DNA of 64,000 bases from Torpedo marmorata (lineage: Eukaryota): NCBI GenBank assembly GCA_977017645.1, contig OZ360252.1:17422001-17486000 (forward strand), read 5' to 3'. Under the pieces are notes generated by a model. It ran no database searches. It had not been told where the DNA came from and saw nothing but the letters and a program-made list of their open reading frames with translations. Positions 39,950-51,699 of the stretch are shown piece by piece. The stretch's first letter is position 1. The number at the start of each line of letters is the position of its first letter. The position numbers were made by a program, and so were the translations under genes.

Positions 39950-41225
39950 TTGAAAGTTGCGTCACAGCTGGGAAAGGTTGTCAAGAGAGTTTTGGTTCAT
40001 AGGCCTTCATAAATGAAAGTATTTAGTGCAAGAGTTGGTGTGTTAGGTTGAAGTTCTATAAAACATTTTAAGGCCATATTTGGAGTATTGTGCGCTATTT
40101 TGATCACCGACCGACAGGAAAGACATCAATACGATTGCAAAGGTGCAAAGTAAATTTACAAGTATGTTTTCTGCACTTGAACAGCAAGTTATCGGGTAAG
40201 ATCAATAGGACTTTACTGCATGGAGCCTCGGAGAATGAGGGGAGATTTGATGGAGGTATGACCAGCTATGAAGTTATCGATACGGTAATTGCCAACAGGC
40301 TTTTTACGACTGAGATTGGGAGAGACAAGAACCAGAGCACATGGCTTTAGGGTGACCCGCGGGGCCCATCCGCCTAGTCGGCTGCCGTCGGCTCCGCACG
40401 GGCTTTGAACGGTCAGTTAAAGGAGCCGACGGTGGTTTTATTTAAGATCCCGCGACCACGGGGTCTGCGCCCAAGATGGCAGCGCCTTTTAAGCGGCAGC
40501 AGCCACGAGGGGCTGCAGACTCCGGGGAAACGGAGGACTGGAGCAGGGCACCAGAGGACGGGAAGATCACCCACCGTCTGAGAAGGAGAAGCGGAGGAGA
40601 CCACCCACGGGACGGTGACCACGGCTGCGGACCAGTGAGGTGCTCTGAGGCTGAAGGACCAGTGTATGCGGCGGGCTGCTGGCGACTCGAGGCGAGGAAC
40701 CCGCGGAGGCTGTGGGCTGCTGGAGACTGCTGTCGGGGGACTCACGCCCGGCTGCGGACTGCTGGAGGCTGGCTCGAATTGGCTGGAGGAGTACCAGGTA
40801 TCGGAACCGGGATGCGAGGGGGTGCCGAGGGCGCCCTGACCGTGTTGGAGGTTTGGATCTGGAGCTAGGGATGCCGATGGTTTGGACTGGACTCTGTGTG
40901 GCTGCGGAGGCTGCGGAAGCGCTGGAGGCGAATCTACGGACACTCGGTGACTCCGGGGGGACTCTCTTTTGCTTCTCTTTTTCTGACTGTAAGGAATGTT
41001 AGAGGCGCTTAGGCAATGTCTGCCGGTGGCGAATCTGTCTGCCTTGCAGCAGGCAAAAAGAAATTTCATGGAATATGACACTGTCTTATTACTATGACAA
41101 TAAATTGAATCTTGAATCTTGAAAGTGAAATATTAAAGGGATCATTAGGGGGCACATCTTCACCCCGAGGGTGGTGAGAGAGTGGAACGAGCTGCGAGCG
41201 GAGGTGCTGGATGCCGGTGTCATTC
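39950..41225 (+). mobile_element. CR1 3' fragment interrupted by the GC-rich retroelement (copy 2, 40355-41123)
   Basis: CR1 ...catggctttagggtga resumes at ~41124 (agtgaaatatt...cttcaccccgagggtgg); the insert ends aataaattgaatcttgaatcttgaa. Confidence 0.75.
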
Positions 41226-41502
41226 ACGCTGAACATTATGAGCATTAAAAATTGAGTGGAAATCAGGGAGTGTCCCTGTGCATTTAATATTTTGCACAAC
41301 GACTTGGCATGATAAACCGAGTCCTCTCAGATGGATGTAAATAATACCATACAATATTCCTTTTACCCCTTTTTTGGAGGCAGGGTAGCTGGAGATTTTA
41401 CAATCATCACACAAATTGGCTCTTTTGGGAAATTAATGGCATTTCGTTTTAAAAATCCTGCAACTGATTTCAGCCTTGATAATCCAGATGCGGTTCAATT
41501 GT

Positions 41503-41520
41503 TGGCCACTAGAGGGCAAT
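41503..41520 (+). promoter_or_regulatory. CTCF-binding motif
   Basis: TGGCCACTAGAGGGCAAT closely matches the vertebrate CTCF core consensus; lies outside recognisable repeats. Confidence 0.6.
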
Positions 41521-41562
41521 GTGGATCGTCAGTGCCGACTTCAAAAGATAGTTGTTTCCGAG

Positions 41563-43245
41563 TTAAAAACACCAAAATGCTGGAAGAACTCAGCCGGTCT
41601 TTCCAGCATCTGTAAGGGACAAAGTTTTATTGCCGACGTTTCGGGCCTGAGCCCTTCTTCAAGTAAAAATCAGAATAAGGAAGAGGAAGGAAATTTCAGA
41701 AAGTCTCAGAATTCGAACAATGGGGGAGGAACACAGACCAACAAAAGGTGTTAATTAGATGAGATAAGGGTCTAGGTAAGAACTTATCATGTTTGTGCGA
41801 AAGGAGACAGGGAATGGAGAGACGACGGGGCAAGAAGTGGGTGGGATTTTTCAACGAAAGCCAATGAAGTCCATATTAATGCCATCAGGGTGGAGGGTGC
41901 CTAATCAGAAGATGAGGCATTGTTCCTCCAATTTAGGGGTGGTCTCTGTCTGGCAGTGCATGAGACCATGGACAGACATGTCAGCAAGGCAATGGGATGG
42001 AGAATTGAAATGGGTGGCCACTGGGAGATCCACGCTATTGTGGTGCACAGAGCTGAGCTGCTCAAAAAAGCGATCTCTGCAGTCTGCGCCCAATCTCTCC
42101 GATGTAGAGGAGACCACAACGGGAGCACTGAATGAAGTAGATGACCCCTGCAGATTCACAAGTGAAATGTTGCATCACTTTGAAGGACTGTTTGGGGCCT
42201 CGAATGGTGGTGATGGAGGAAGTGTGGGCGCAAGTGGAGCATCTCCTGCAGACACAGGGCTCGGTCCCAAGGGCACGATTGGTGGGAAGGGAGGAGTGGA
42301 CATCGGAGTAACGGAGGGAGCGGCCCTGCGGATGGCAGAGAGGTTAGGAGAGAAGAATATGTGTCCAGTGGTGGGATCATGTAGTAGGTGACGGAAATGG
42401 CGGAGAATGATGTGTTGGATGCGGAGGCTGGTGTGGTGGTTGGTGAGGACAAGGGGAATCCTGTCTTTACTGCGCGTGGGGACGGAGGGGGCCAGGGCAG
42501 ATTGCGGGTAATGGAGGATATGCGTATGAGCGCCGCGTTGATGGTAGTAGAGGGAAAGCCACGTTGCTTGAAGAAAGAGGACATCTCTAATGATATGGCA
42601 CCGAAATCCTCATCCTGGAGGCAGATGCGACTGAGACGGAGGAATTGAGAGAATGGACTCCTCTACATCGGATAGACTGGACGCAGACTGGGAGAACTCT
42701 TTATTGAGCACCTCCACTCTGTCCGCCGCAATAGCGTGGATCTCCCAGTAGCCACCCATTTCAATTCTCCATCCCATTCCCTTGCCGACATGTCTGTCCA
42801 TGGTCTCATGCACTGCCAGACTGAGACCACCCGTAAATTGGAAGAACAATACCTCATCTTCCGACTGGGCACCCTCCAACTGAATGGCATTAATATCGAC
42901 TTCTCTGGCATTCGTTAGAAAAACCCAACTCCTTCTTCCCTCGACGTCTCTCCATCCCCTGTCTACTTTCGCACAGAAATGATAAATTCTAACCAAGACC
43001 TTTATCATATCCAATTAACACCTTTTGTTGGTCTGGATCCCTCCCCATTGTTTGAATTCTGAGACTTTCTGAGATTTCCTTCTTCTGCCTTATTCTGATT
43101 TTTCCTTGAAGAATGGCTCAGGCCCGAAACGTCGGCAATATATCTTTTTCTCCTGTAGATGCTGAAAAGACCGGCTGAATTCCTCCAGCATTTCGGTGTG
43201 TTTATTACAATCACAGCGTCCGCAGCCTTTCGTGTTTCACTCTCA
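41563..43245. mobile_element. Penelope-like element with inverted arms
   Basis: 41565-42110 (minus) is the reverse complement of 42660-43205 (plus); GIY-YIG text LYIG*TGRRLGELFIEHL..PVATHFNS..RKLEEQYLIFRLGTLQ..GINIDFS; hammerhead motif in each arm. Confidence 0.9.
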
Positions 43246-43299
43246 TCGTTTACGAATCAACCAGGAAAGTCTGTAGACGCTTTGATTGTACTGCAATGC

Positions 43300-44120
43300 A
43301 CAAAAGTTCTGCAGAAACGCAACAGGTCACGCGTCATCTGTAGGAAGTGAAGGGCAACCAACGTTTCGGGCCTGATTCCTTCGTCAATGAATAAGCAAAA
43401 GCAGGTAGGCGCCTGGATTCAGAAAAAAAGATGGGGGCAGCAGAGGAGAGGAATGAACACGGGGCAGGGGAGGTGCACAGGCTAACAGGCAAGAGGGCGG
43501 AGGTGGTTATGGTTTGGAGGGCAGAAGAGAATACAGAGAAGTGATGGAAGAAGTGGGCGACTCTCTGAATGGAGAGCGAAGGGGTGAGGAGCTGAAGGAA
43601 AGGAGACAGAGGGATATAGAAATACAGAAGAGAGACTGGGGAAGGGACATAAAGCAAAACACAGACGTCAATATTGATGCCATCGGGTTGAAATGATCTA
43701 CTAATTTGCGTCCAGTCTCTCCGATGTGGAGGACAGGATGTAGTCGATTACCCCTGCCGACTCACTTGTGAAGTGTTCTTTCACTTGGAACGACTTCTTA
43801 GGGTCCCGAATGGTTGTGACAGACGAAGTGCTGACGCAAGGGTAGTATATCCTGCGGTCACAGGGGTAGGTACCTTGGGTTTTCGGATTTTTGGGAAAGG
43901 ATGAGTGGACGAAGGGGTCTCGGAGGGAGAGGCCGCAGCTGAAGGTGGAGAGGGGAGAAGAAGGGAAGATGTGTCTGGTGAAGGGATCTAGTTGGAAGTG
44001 TCGGAAATTGCAGAGGATAATATGTTGGATGCGGAAGATCGTGGGTGGTAGGTAAGGAAAAGGGAAATCCACTGCTTGTTGCGTCTTAGGGCAGAGGGGT
44101 CCAGGGCAGATGTGAGGTTT
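43300..44120 (-). mobile_element. Penelope-like element fragment
   Basis: IQHIILCNFRHFQLDPFTRHIFPS..LRDPFVHS..KSFQVKEHFTSES; terminal repeat with hammerhead-like motif at ~43358-43388. Confidence 0.8.
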
Positions 44121-45080
44121 CGAGAATGATAAACCATTGTTGAAGATACAGAGCGTTAAATCATATCCTCCTCAATATGAAGTTAAAATAAGCTAAAATT
44201 CAATATAAATCTGAATAATTATGCTGAATAAATGCAAGTGAGGGAATTCTTTTGACCGACCGATTTCCATACACTACAGAAAGCATCGAGTGCTTTCCCA
44301 ATCCAGTGTTCATCCGTAGTGAATGTGCAGCTGGTATCGGAGCTAGCCTTCCCTACTCCGCATAGCATGACAGAGCGGATCGTTTGTCTACATAACCACA
44401 GTGCAGTGGTGATAGGTGAAGACCCAAGGTTGAGCCTGATGCCTCATTTTCTTCCCTTGAAACAAATCCCAGGCCGAGTCTTACGTGAATATAATGCTAT
44501 CCAGTCGCGTCATTGATCATTGGGAATTCATGTGCTGGTGGCAGACCCTGCCGCTTATCACGAATATTTCCACAATTACGGGAACAGTTACATTCCCAAA
44601 GACAGGGGCTCTAGGTAGAATTCAAGAACAAATTAATTCCGGCATGATTATTCTGGTGGCACAAGTTATCATGCGTCCTGGACACAATGCTAACCATTCC
44701 ATCGGATGTTGCTCAACAATGAGGCCTGTTTGGATAACAGTCTCGGAATTGGTATCAGTTCAGTGATTCATCTGGTGCAATGCAGACAAATGTTATTTGG
44801 AAAATCGTGGAGTGCAATGCACAAACGTGCTGGAGAAACTCAGCAGGTCACACCTGACAAAGGACAGGGGCTCGAAACGTTGGTTATCTTTTTAATATGT
44901 ATGGATGTTGCGTGATCTGCTGAGTTGCTCCATCACGTTTATGCATTGGAAACATCGTTAAGGATCAAGATGCACAATCAGTGCTTAACCTTCATAAACA
45001 TTGGCTGCAAATGTGTAAAGAAGCGCATTGTGAATCCTTCTGTTAATTTATGGTCGACTTCATGTAAATTTTAAGGTTAG

Positions 45081-47077
45081 GATACAAGACACCCTCAATC
45101 ATGGTTGCCGCATTCATCACCCTTGGGGCCCTCCTCCTCGCTGAGCTAATGGCGCTGATGACGATAGTACAGAGAAGGTCGGGGAGATGAGGAGAGTTTG
45201 AAAGTTTACGCTGCATTCTGATACTCGATTGTTCTTAATTTATTCAAACTGATGTTTGTGGCACATTCCTAAAAGGTTTATCTGCGTTACAGTGAATAAG
45301 CGTCTCCCTCTGTTCCACAGGTGCAGTGATGCTCACCCGTTGCTTTTTACCAAGCAATTTATGAAGACATTGAGAATACACTGCCTGGTAAGAATTTCAG
45401 TCATCCACAGGGTTCAGGTGTGTATTTGCATTTGACATCCACTCTTCAACTGACAAGTATCGCACATACTTCTATAATCCACAAGTAGGAAGAAATAAAA
45501 TTTGTAAACAAACATTGTGGTGGCTGGAAACAGTAGTCCCTCTCGCGTTTGAAGAGAGAAAATATTTATAAACCTTCACAATTCAATCTCATATTTGTAT
45601 CATCACTCTACCTTTTCACCCCATTGAAGACATCCGCTCTATTTACTTATCCATCCACGTCCCTTATTCCCCGAATGTTTAAACTGCATTTAACACGCAT
45701 TAATCCACCTCTGATTGAAGAATTCCGAACCGTTTTAAACTCTGCTCCTTCTTCCCGAAATATTTGTAATGACAATATCGAGCACATGCGAACAAATATC
45801 AGGAATATTCTCACATCAAGGATGATCATGATAGTAATAATATTTCTGCATCAATATTTGTGATCACACGTACCACGTGGTACTTCTCCATAAATCAGCG
45901 GTTCTTTGAAATTGAGATTAAATCGACATTTAACAATGTTCTCTTTTGCTCCAACCGCCCTGCCCTAATTGTCTGAGGACATCAATAGCATTAACATTCG
46001 AATGGATGTAGTTCATCTGCACAATTGGCACGGTTGGCGTCGCGACCAATTGTCGAATCCCGCGATGTCTGTCGGAGTTTGCAATTTCTCGCCGTAACTT
46101 GCGTGGGTTTTCCCCGCGTGCTCCGGTTTACTCCCACCCTCCAAAACGTACGGGATGGGTCGTTTATTAAGGTGTAATTGGGGTGAAAGGGATGAAATGG
46201 CAGGAAAGAGCTTCTGCCCTAAAAGTAAATCACCATTTTCATAAGCAAACAGGGTTGTTGCATTGAATGGTATTCTGCAACTGTGTCGTGTGGCATTCCA
46301 CGATCCTCATTGTTATAATAAAGCATTTGTGAATTCTGCCTCAATGCCCAAAATAATCTCCACATTACCTGTCAATTGCATTGACTTCTAGCCTCTGGTT
46401 CCATTGAATTCATCAATCAAATTGAATATGACAGGAGCGACCCTTCGGATGGTGCTTTTCTGGAGCTCATGGAAACAGTTCCCGTCTTAATGTTTTGACA
46501 CTTATTCGGGGGAGGGGGGGTCCACTTTATATTATTTTACTTTATTCTGTTTGTTATCAACGTCTATTCCCACACGTACGACGTGAAATAACAGAGAATA
46601 GAACGATTTTAAAAATGGAGTTTTGTGAAGCTTGTGAACAGATTTGAACATGAAACAAATGTCCGGAGTGTAGCCAGGTGTGCAATGGATCGATGCAATG
46701 GCCATTATTTATTTGATCAGAGTGTTTTGTAGGCATTGAAATATGAAACGAGCGTGCATTCTAAGTGCGCTGTTCAGTCGTTAATATCCAGGAATCTGAT
46801 CAACTTATTTCCTCCGACAAACTGCGCATCACGCGAGAAAAAAAACAAAAAACGTTGCATCCTGCGAACAAAAGCTCGCTACTGAACAATGATTTACAGG
46901 AATGTCACTCTGTCTTGTCATTGACAATCTTTACGTCCTCCTAGATCTGGATCCTGCAGACTATGACCGTGCTGGCAGCAAAAACCATTGATTCCCAAGA
47001 ATGTCTCTTTCGGGTGGGCGGTGGTGCTGATGATCCGCTCATGCTCACGGTTGTCCACGGTGACACCAACAACATTG
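45081..47077 (+). pseudogene. Inverted SRCR-receptor pseudogene fragment: TM exon plus three cytoplasmic exons
   Basis: Exons ~45081-45191 (SIMVAAFITLGALLLAELMALMTIVQRRSGR*, donor gagagt), 45321-45417 (in-frame TGA, then SPVAFYQAIYEDIENTLPGK), 46392-46492 (10-nt deletion, donor lost) and 46945-47077 (+1 frameshift). The last two are paralogous to the intact exons 63010-62900 and 62455-62324. Confidence 0.8.
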
Positions 47078-47309
47078 GTGCGTTCAGTCTCCGTTAGAAC
47101 CGCATTAGACAGTTCTCTGTGGTGGTCACATGTTGCAGCAGAGCTCAGAAGACGCGGGCCCGAGGGCTCCCCAGAAGAATCCAAACTAAAGCCTTTAGAA
47201 ACGCCCAGACGCACCTTCAAACTAGCTCAATAGCTATAATATGATCAGAAAACTGAAAAATAAGCAAGGTAATTTAATCAACGACCAAACCTCAGCTTCT
47301 GCAGCAGAA

Positions 47310-48445
47310 ACCAGAGACCGGCCTTCCAAGTGAAACTACACTTCACTTGTACATCCAGATAACTTATTTACTCCCTTTGTGGCTTTCTCTACATCGGAGA
47401 GACCGGTTGTACATTGGGATATCGCTTCGCTGAGCACGTCCTCTCCGTCCGCAACAACAGCGACCTCCCAGCAGCCAACCATTTCAATTCCGGTTCACAC
47501 TCCCACACTCATATGTCTGTCCATGGCCTTATGTACTATCCCACCCAGACTACCCGCAAATTGGAGGAACAACATTTCATTTTCCATCTGGGCACTCTCC
47601 AGCCAGATGGCATTAACATTGACTTTTCTACTTTCCACTAAACCTGCTTGTCGTTTCCTTCCCCTCCCCCTCACCTGTCCTTCCTGTTTTTTTCCACCCA
47701 CCCAGCCATCCCTCCTCTCCCTCTTTGCTGCTGCCCCCTACCTCCTTTCTCCACCTATCATCTCCTGCCTTTGCCACCCCCCCTTCCCCCCTCACTCTTT
47801 TGTTCGGACGCCTGCCGGCATTTTCTAATAAGGACTCAAGCCCGAAACGTCGGTTATATATTTCTACCTTTGCTGCATAAAAGACACTGTTTGACCTGCT
47901 GAGTTTCTCCAGCATTTGTGTTTTTTACACTATCCATGCCGACATGTCTGTCCATAGTGCCATGCACTGCCAGACTGCGAACTACCGCAAATTGAAGGAA
48001 CATCGCCTGATATTCCGTCTGGGCACCCTCCAACCAGATGGCATTAACAGCGAGTTCTCCGGTTTCCGTTCGTCGCCCCGCCCCCACCAGTTTCCTCTTC
48101 CCCTTCCGTATGTCCCCTTACCTCCAGCGGTGTCTCTCCCTCTCTCTTTCCCTCACCCTCTGATCTCCTTTCCTGCAGCTCTGCATTCACATGGCCACAC
48201 CCTCGTCCGATCAGTTCTTCTCTTTCCTCTCCTGCCCTCCATGTCCAATTATCTCCTTTTGCCTGTTGGCCTGTGCTGCCCCCCCCTGCTCTTTCTTCTC
48301 TCCTCCCCCAGCCTTTTTTTCTGGCGCCTGACTGCTTTTTGCTCTTGAAGAAGGGCTCAGTTCCGAAATGTTGGTTATATACTTTTATCTCCTATGGACG
48401 CTGCGTGACCTGTTGAGAACCTCCAGCATTTTTATGTTTTTACTT
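47310..48445 (+). mobile_element. Two Penelope 3' units in partial tandem (47310-47930, 47931-48445)
   Basis: YIGET..LGYRFAEH..ANHFNS..RKLEEQHFIFHLGTLQPDGINIDFS; the second unit repeats MSVH..RLGTLQPDGIN; each ends in the hammerhead-bearing repeat. Confidence 0.85.
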
Positions 48446-48649
48446 TGGATTGTGCAATCCTCTTTTCATCGATATTTTTGAAATAGTTCTTCAAATCAGA
48501 AAACAATTGCATTTAAATTCTTCCATGGATTATCATCTGAATTAAACGCTTACACTCTCATGCAAACTGAATTTGTGTTCATATTTTGTCATTGTTAAAA
48601 ACATAGGAAACTGATAGACTTTCTGCAATTTGCAATAAACGTTCGCAAT

Positions 48650-49065
48650 TAGACAATAGATAATAAGAGCTGGAGTAGGCCCTTCGGCCCGTCGAGCCAG
48701 CACCGCCATTTTACAGATCATGGCTGATCACTACTATCAGTACACCTTTCCAGCCTTATCCCCATAACCCTTAACTCCCCTGCCCACGAGAGTCTTATCT
48801 CAACTCTCTTTTGAACATAATCAGCGAATCTGCCTCTACCAACCGCTGTGGTAAAGCATTCCACAGATTCACACTTCTCTGGGTATAAATGTTTATCCTC
48901 ATCTCCGTCCGAAAAGGGTCTTCCCTGTATTCTTAAACTATGCCCTCTAGTCCTCGTCTCTCCCATCATTGGGAACAAGTAATCCGACTTCACCCTGTCT
49001 ATCCCCTTGATAATCTTCTATACCTCAATCATGTCCCCCCTCATCCTTCTAAACTCCATCGGATA
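48650..49065 (-). mobile_element. CR1 3' fragment
   Basis: LFPMMGETRTRGHSLRIQGRPF; tail acaatagataata. Confidence 0.85.
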
Positions 49066-49599
49066 TTGCCGTCTGCAACTTTCTAAATGAAAGCATTTTA
49101 GTCCGTGGTACTTCTCATTGGAAATGTTGATTAATCATATTCAGTGTCGCGAAATTAGACTTCTGAGAAATACCACGTGAAGAGTCCATTCGGCCCTCCA
49201 AATATGCACGGATCAATAACCACCCAACTATAAATTAATGCTATTGTTATTTTCCACAATTCTCAGCGACTCCCTGCAGATTCTGCCACACAAACACATA
49301 AGACAGAGACCTTCGAGTGGTCAGTTAATCCATTATAACACTCGTCTTTCGGTTGAGGAAGAAAACTCATCGCACAGAGCAAAAACACAGGGCCACACGG
49401 AGAGCGTGTAAAATCCACACAGATAGTAGCTTAGGGCAAGACTGACTCTCTAGACTCTGGGGCACTGAAGAAGCGACACGACTTGTTGAAAAAAATTATT
49501 ATAAGCATCATTTTTACAGTTATTATGTGACGAAGGGTAACATTCGCTTATATATTATGACATGAAGACAGTGAACGAGAGATTGCACAAGTCATAAAT

Positions 49600-49980
49600 C
49601 TGCACAATTGCTATGCTGGAAAATTTGAGGGGGATAGATAGAGTTGATGTGGATAGACCTTTTCCATTGAGAGTAGGAAATATGAATACAAGAGGTCATG
49701 CGTTGAGGGTTGACGGGAAAAGGTTCAGGAGTAAGATGAGGGGGAACCTCTTTACTCAGAGAGTGGTTGATGTGTGGAATGGGCTTCTGGGAGAGGTGGT
49801 GGAGGCAGGTTCAATTCTGTCATTTAAGCAAAAATTAGATAGGTATATGGATGGGAGGGGAATGGAGGGATATGGGAAGGTTACTAGTATGTGGGATTAG
49901 AGGAGGGTACTTGGATCGGTGCGGACTAGAAGGGCCGAACTGACTTGCTTCCGTGCTGTAGTTGTTATAAGGTTATATGG
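49600..49980 (+). mobile_element. CR1 3' fragment
   Basis: GIDRVDVDRPFPL..TRGHALR..FTQRVVDVWNGL; gttataaggttatatgg tail. Confidence 0.85.
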
Positions 49981-50708
49981 TCTCGGGAGGATGAAAACAC
50001 TCCCACTCAAAATTCCCTTTGCCGTTTCAGAGGCATCTGTAAATATGTTAATCATTACCAGATTGGCTTCTTTGGGGATACAGATGGTAATTAGCTTGAA
50101 AACGCAACAGCTGGTCTCACCGGTTGGGAATCCAAGTACTGCTCCATTTTTGGCAGGTTGAGGGCACATGTGAACTTTCAGCATAGAACGCAAGAGGGCG
50201 CTGTGAATGAGGTTTCTCAGAACAAGTGTCCTTGTAAAAGATGTTTTATTGATTGAGTGGTAAATCATTACACCAAGCTTAAAAAAGTAAAACTATGCAA
50301 AATAGAATAATGATATAAAAATGCCGATGAAGGTAATCTGACATGCCAGTTTCCTCACTCTACAGAAAGCAACAGGAACTTCCCCAGGCAGAGTGTATTC
50401 CTGTTTGTGTTATTGAGTTGAGTCCACAGGAAATAGGGCTTTCTGACGTTAGTTCAGAACCGGCCACATAAGGTCCCGTGTTGTTAACAATCTCCCTTCC
50501 ACCAGTAGCTTTAAAGACTAGAAAGCTTTGGTCAGCTCTCCACTCTGGGAAAACACGGGGAGTGATGCTGCACATTTATAGCCAGTGAAACCCAGAACAT
50601 GGCATTAATACATAATCAATAATGCAGAGGGTTTGAAGTAGAGTACTTGGAAACATAGAGGCCCGATAAAGGCTGTTCACCGCCTTTTGAAAGGTGTTTG
50701 TGTGTGGA

Positions 50709-51482
50709 AGATCAGAATCAGAATCAGAATTTATTGTCATGAACAAGTCATGAAATTCGGTGTTTTGCGGCAGCATCATAGTGCAATTAACATTCATATT
50801 TACCATCTAACGACATTACTATACAAAATTATAAACAATAGTGCACGAAACGTAAGGTAGTGTCTTTGGTTCATTGATTATTCAGTAATCTGATGGCAGC
50901 GGGGAAGAAGCTGTCCTTGTGACGTTGACTGCTCGTCTTTAGGCTCCAGTACCTTTTCCCAAATGGAAGCAGAGTAAAGAGGGCATGGCCTGGGTGGTGG
51001 GGGTCCTTGAGGATAGAGGCTGCTTTTTTAAGACACCGCTTCATGTAGATGTCCTCGATGGAGTGAAGTTTGGTGCCTGTGATGTCACAGGCCGAGTTAA
51101 CAACCTTCTGGAGTTTACTCTTGTCCTGGGAGTTGGCGCCGCCATACCAGGCAGTGATGCAACCAGCCAGAATGCTCTCCACGGTACACCTGTAGAAGTT
51201 TACGAGAGTCTTTGGTGACATACCGAATCTCCGCAAACACCTCACAAAGTATAGCCGCTGACGAGCCTTCTTTGTGATTGCATCCACGTGGATGCTCCAG
51301 GACAGATCCTCGGAGATGTTGACACCCAGAAATTTGAAGTTCTTGACCCTCTCCTATACTGAGCCCTCGATGAGGACTGGGTCGTGTTCCCCTGACTTCC
51401 TCCGTAAGTCCACAATCATCTCCTTGGTTTTGCTGACGTTGTGCTCAAGGTTGTTGTCATTATACAATTCAACGAGCTGATC
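50709..51482 (-). mobile_element. Rex1/Babar-type LINE 3' fragment (same family as 7943-8787)
   Basis: KKARQRLYFVRCLRRFG..FYRCTVESIL..DSFFPAAIRLLN; (agaatc)n tail on the plus strand. Confidence 0.88.
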
Positions 51483-51699
51483 TAGGTTGAAAATCACTGA
51501 AAGGTCCATTGAGGCATTAATTCATGCAGCACAGGAACAATCCCTTGGTGCGAAATCTCGATGTTGACCATCAAGTACCAATCTATAATTATCTCCCTCA
51601 CCAGCATTTGCTCTTATGTAAATCTACTCCATCAATTGATTCTGAATTGTTATAAGAGTACTTGCATCCAGCACACCTGCACGTATTCAAATGTGGTCC

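Larger units (their letters stand above)
49165..51610 (+). repeat. Segmental duplication copy 2, split by CR1 (~49580-49980) and Rex (50709-51482) insertions
   Basis: Alignment to 38625-39900 resumes on the far side of both insertions. Confidence 0.8.

Noticed and set aside
44130-45060. Search for an SRCR exon upstream of the pseudogene TM exon
   Set aside because: No GRVEV/WGTVC/VVC motif could be read in any frame.
46918-47233. ORFs ..TVDNREHERIISTT.. shared with 62238-62459
   Set aside because: Antisense shadow of the real exon on the opposite strand, which has proper splice sites.
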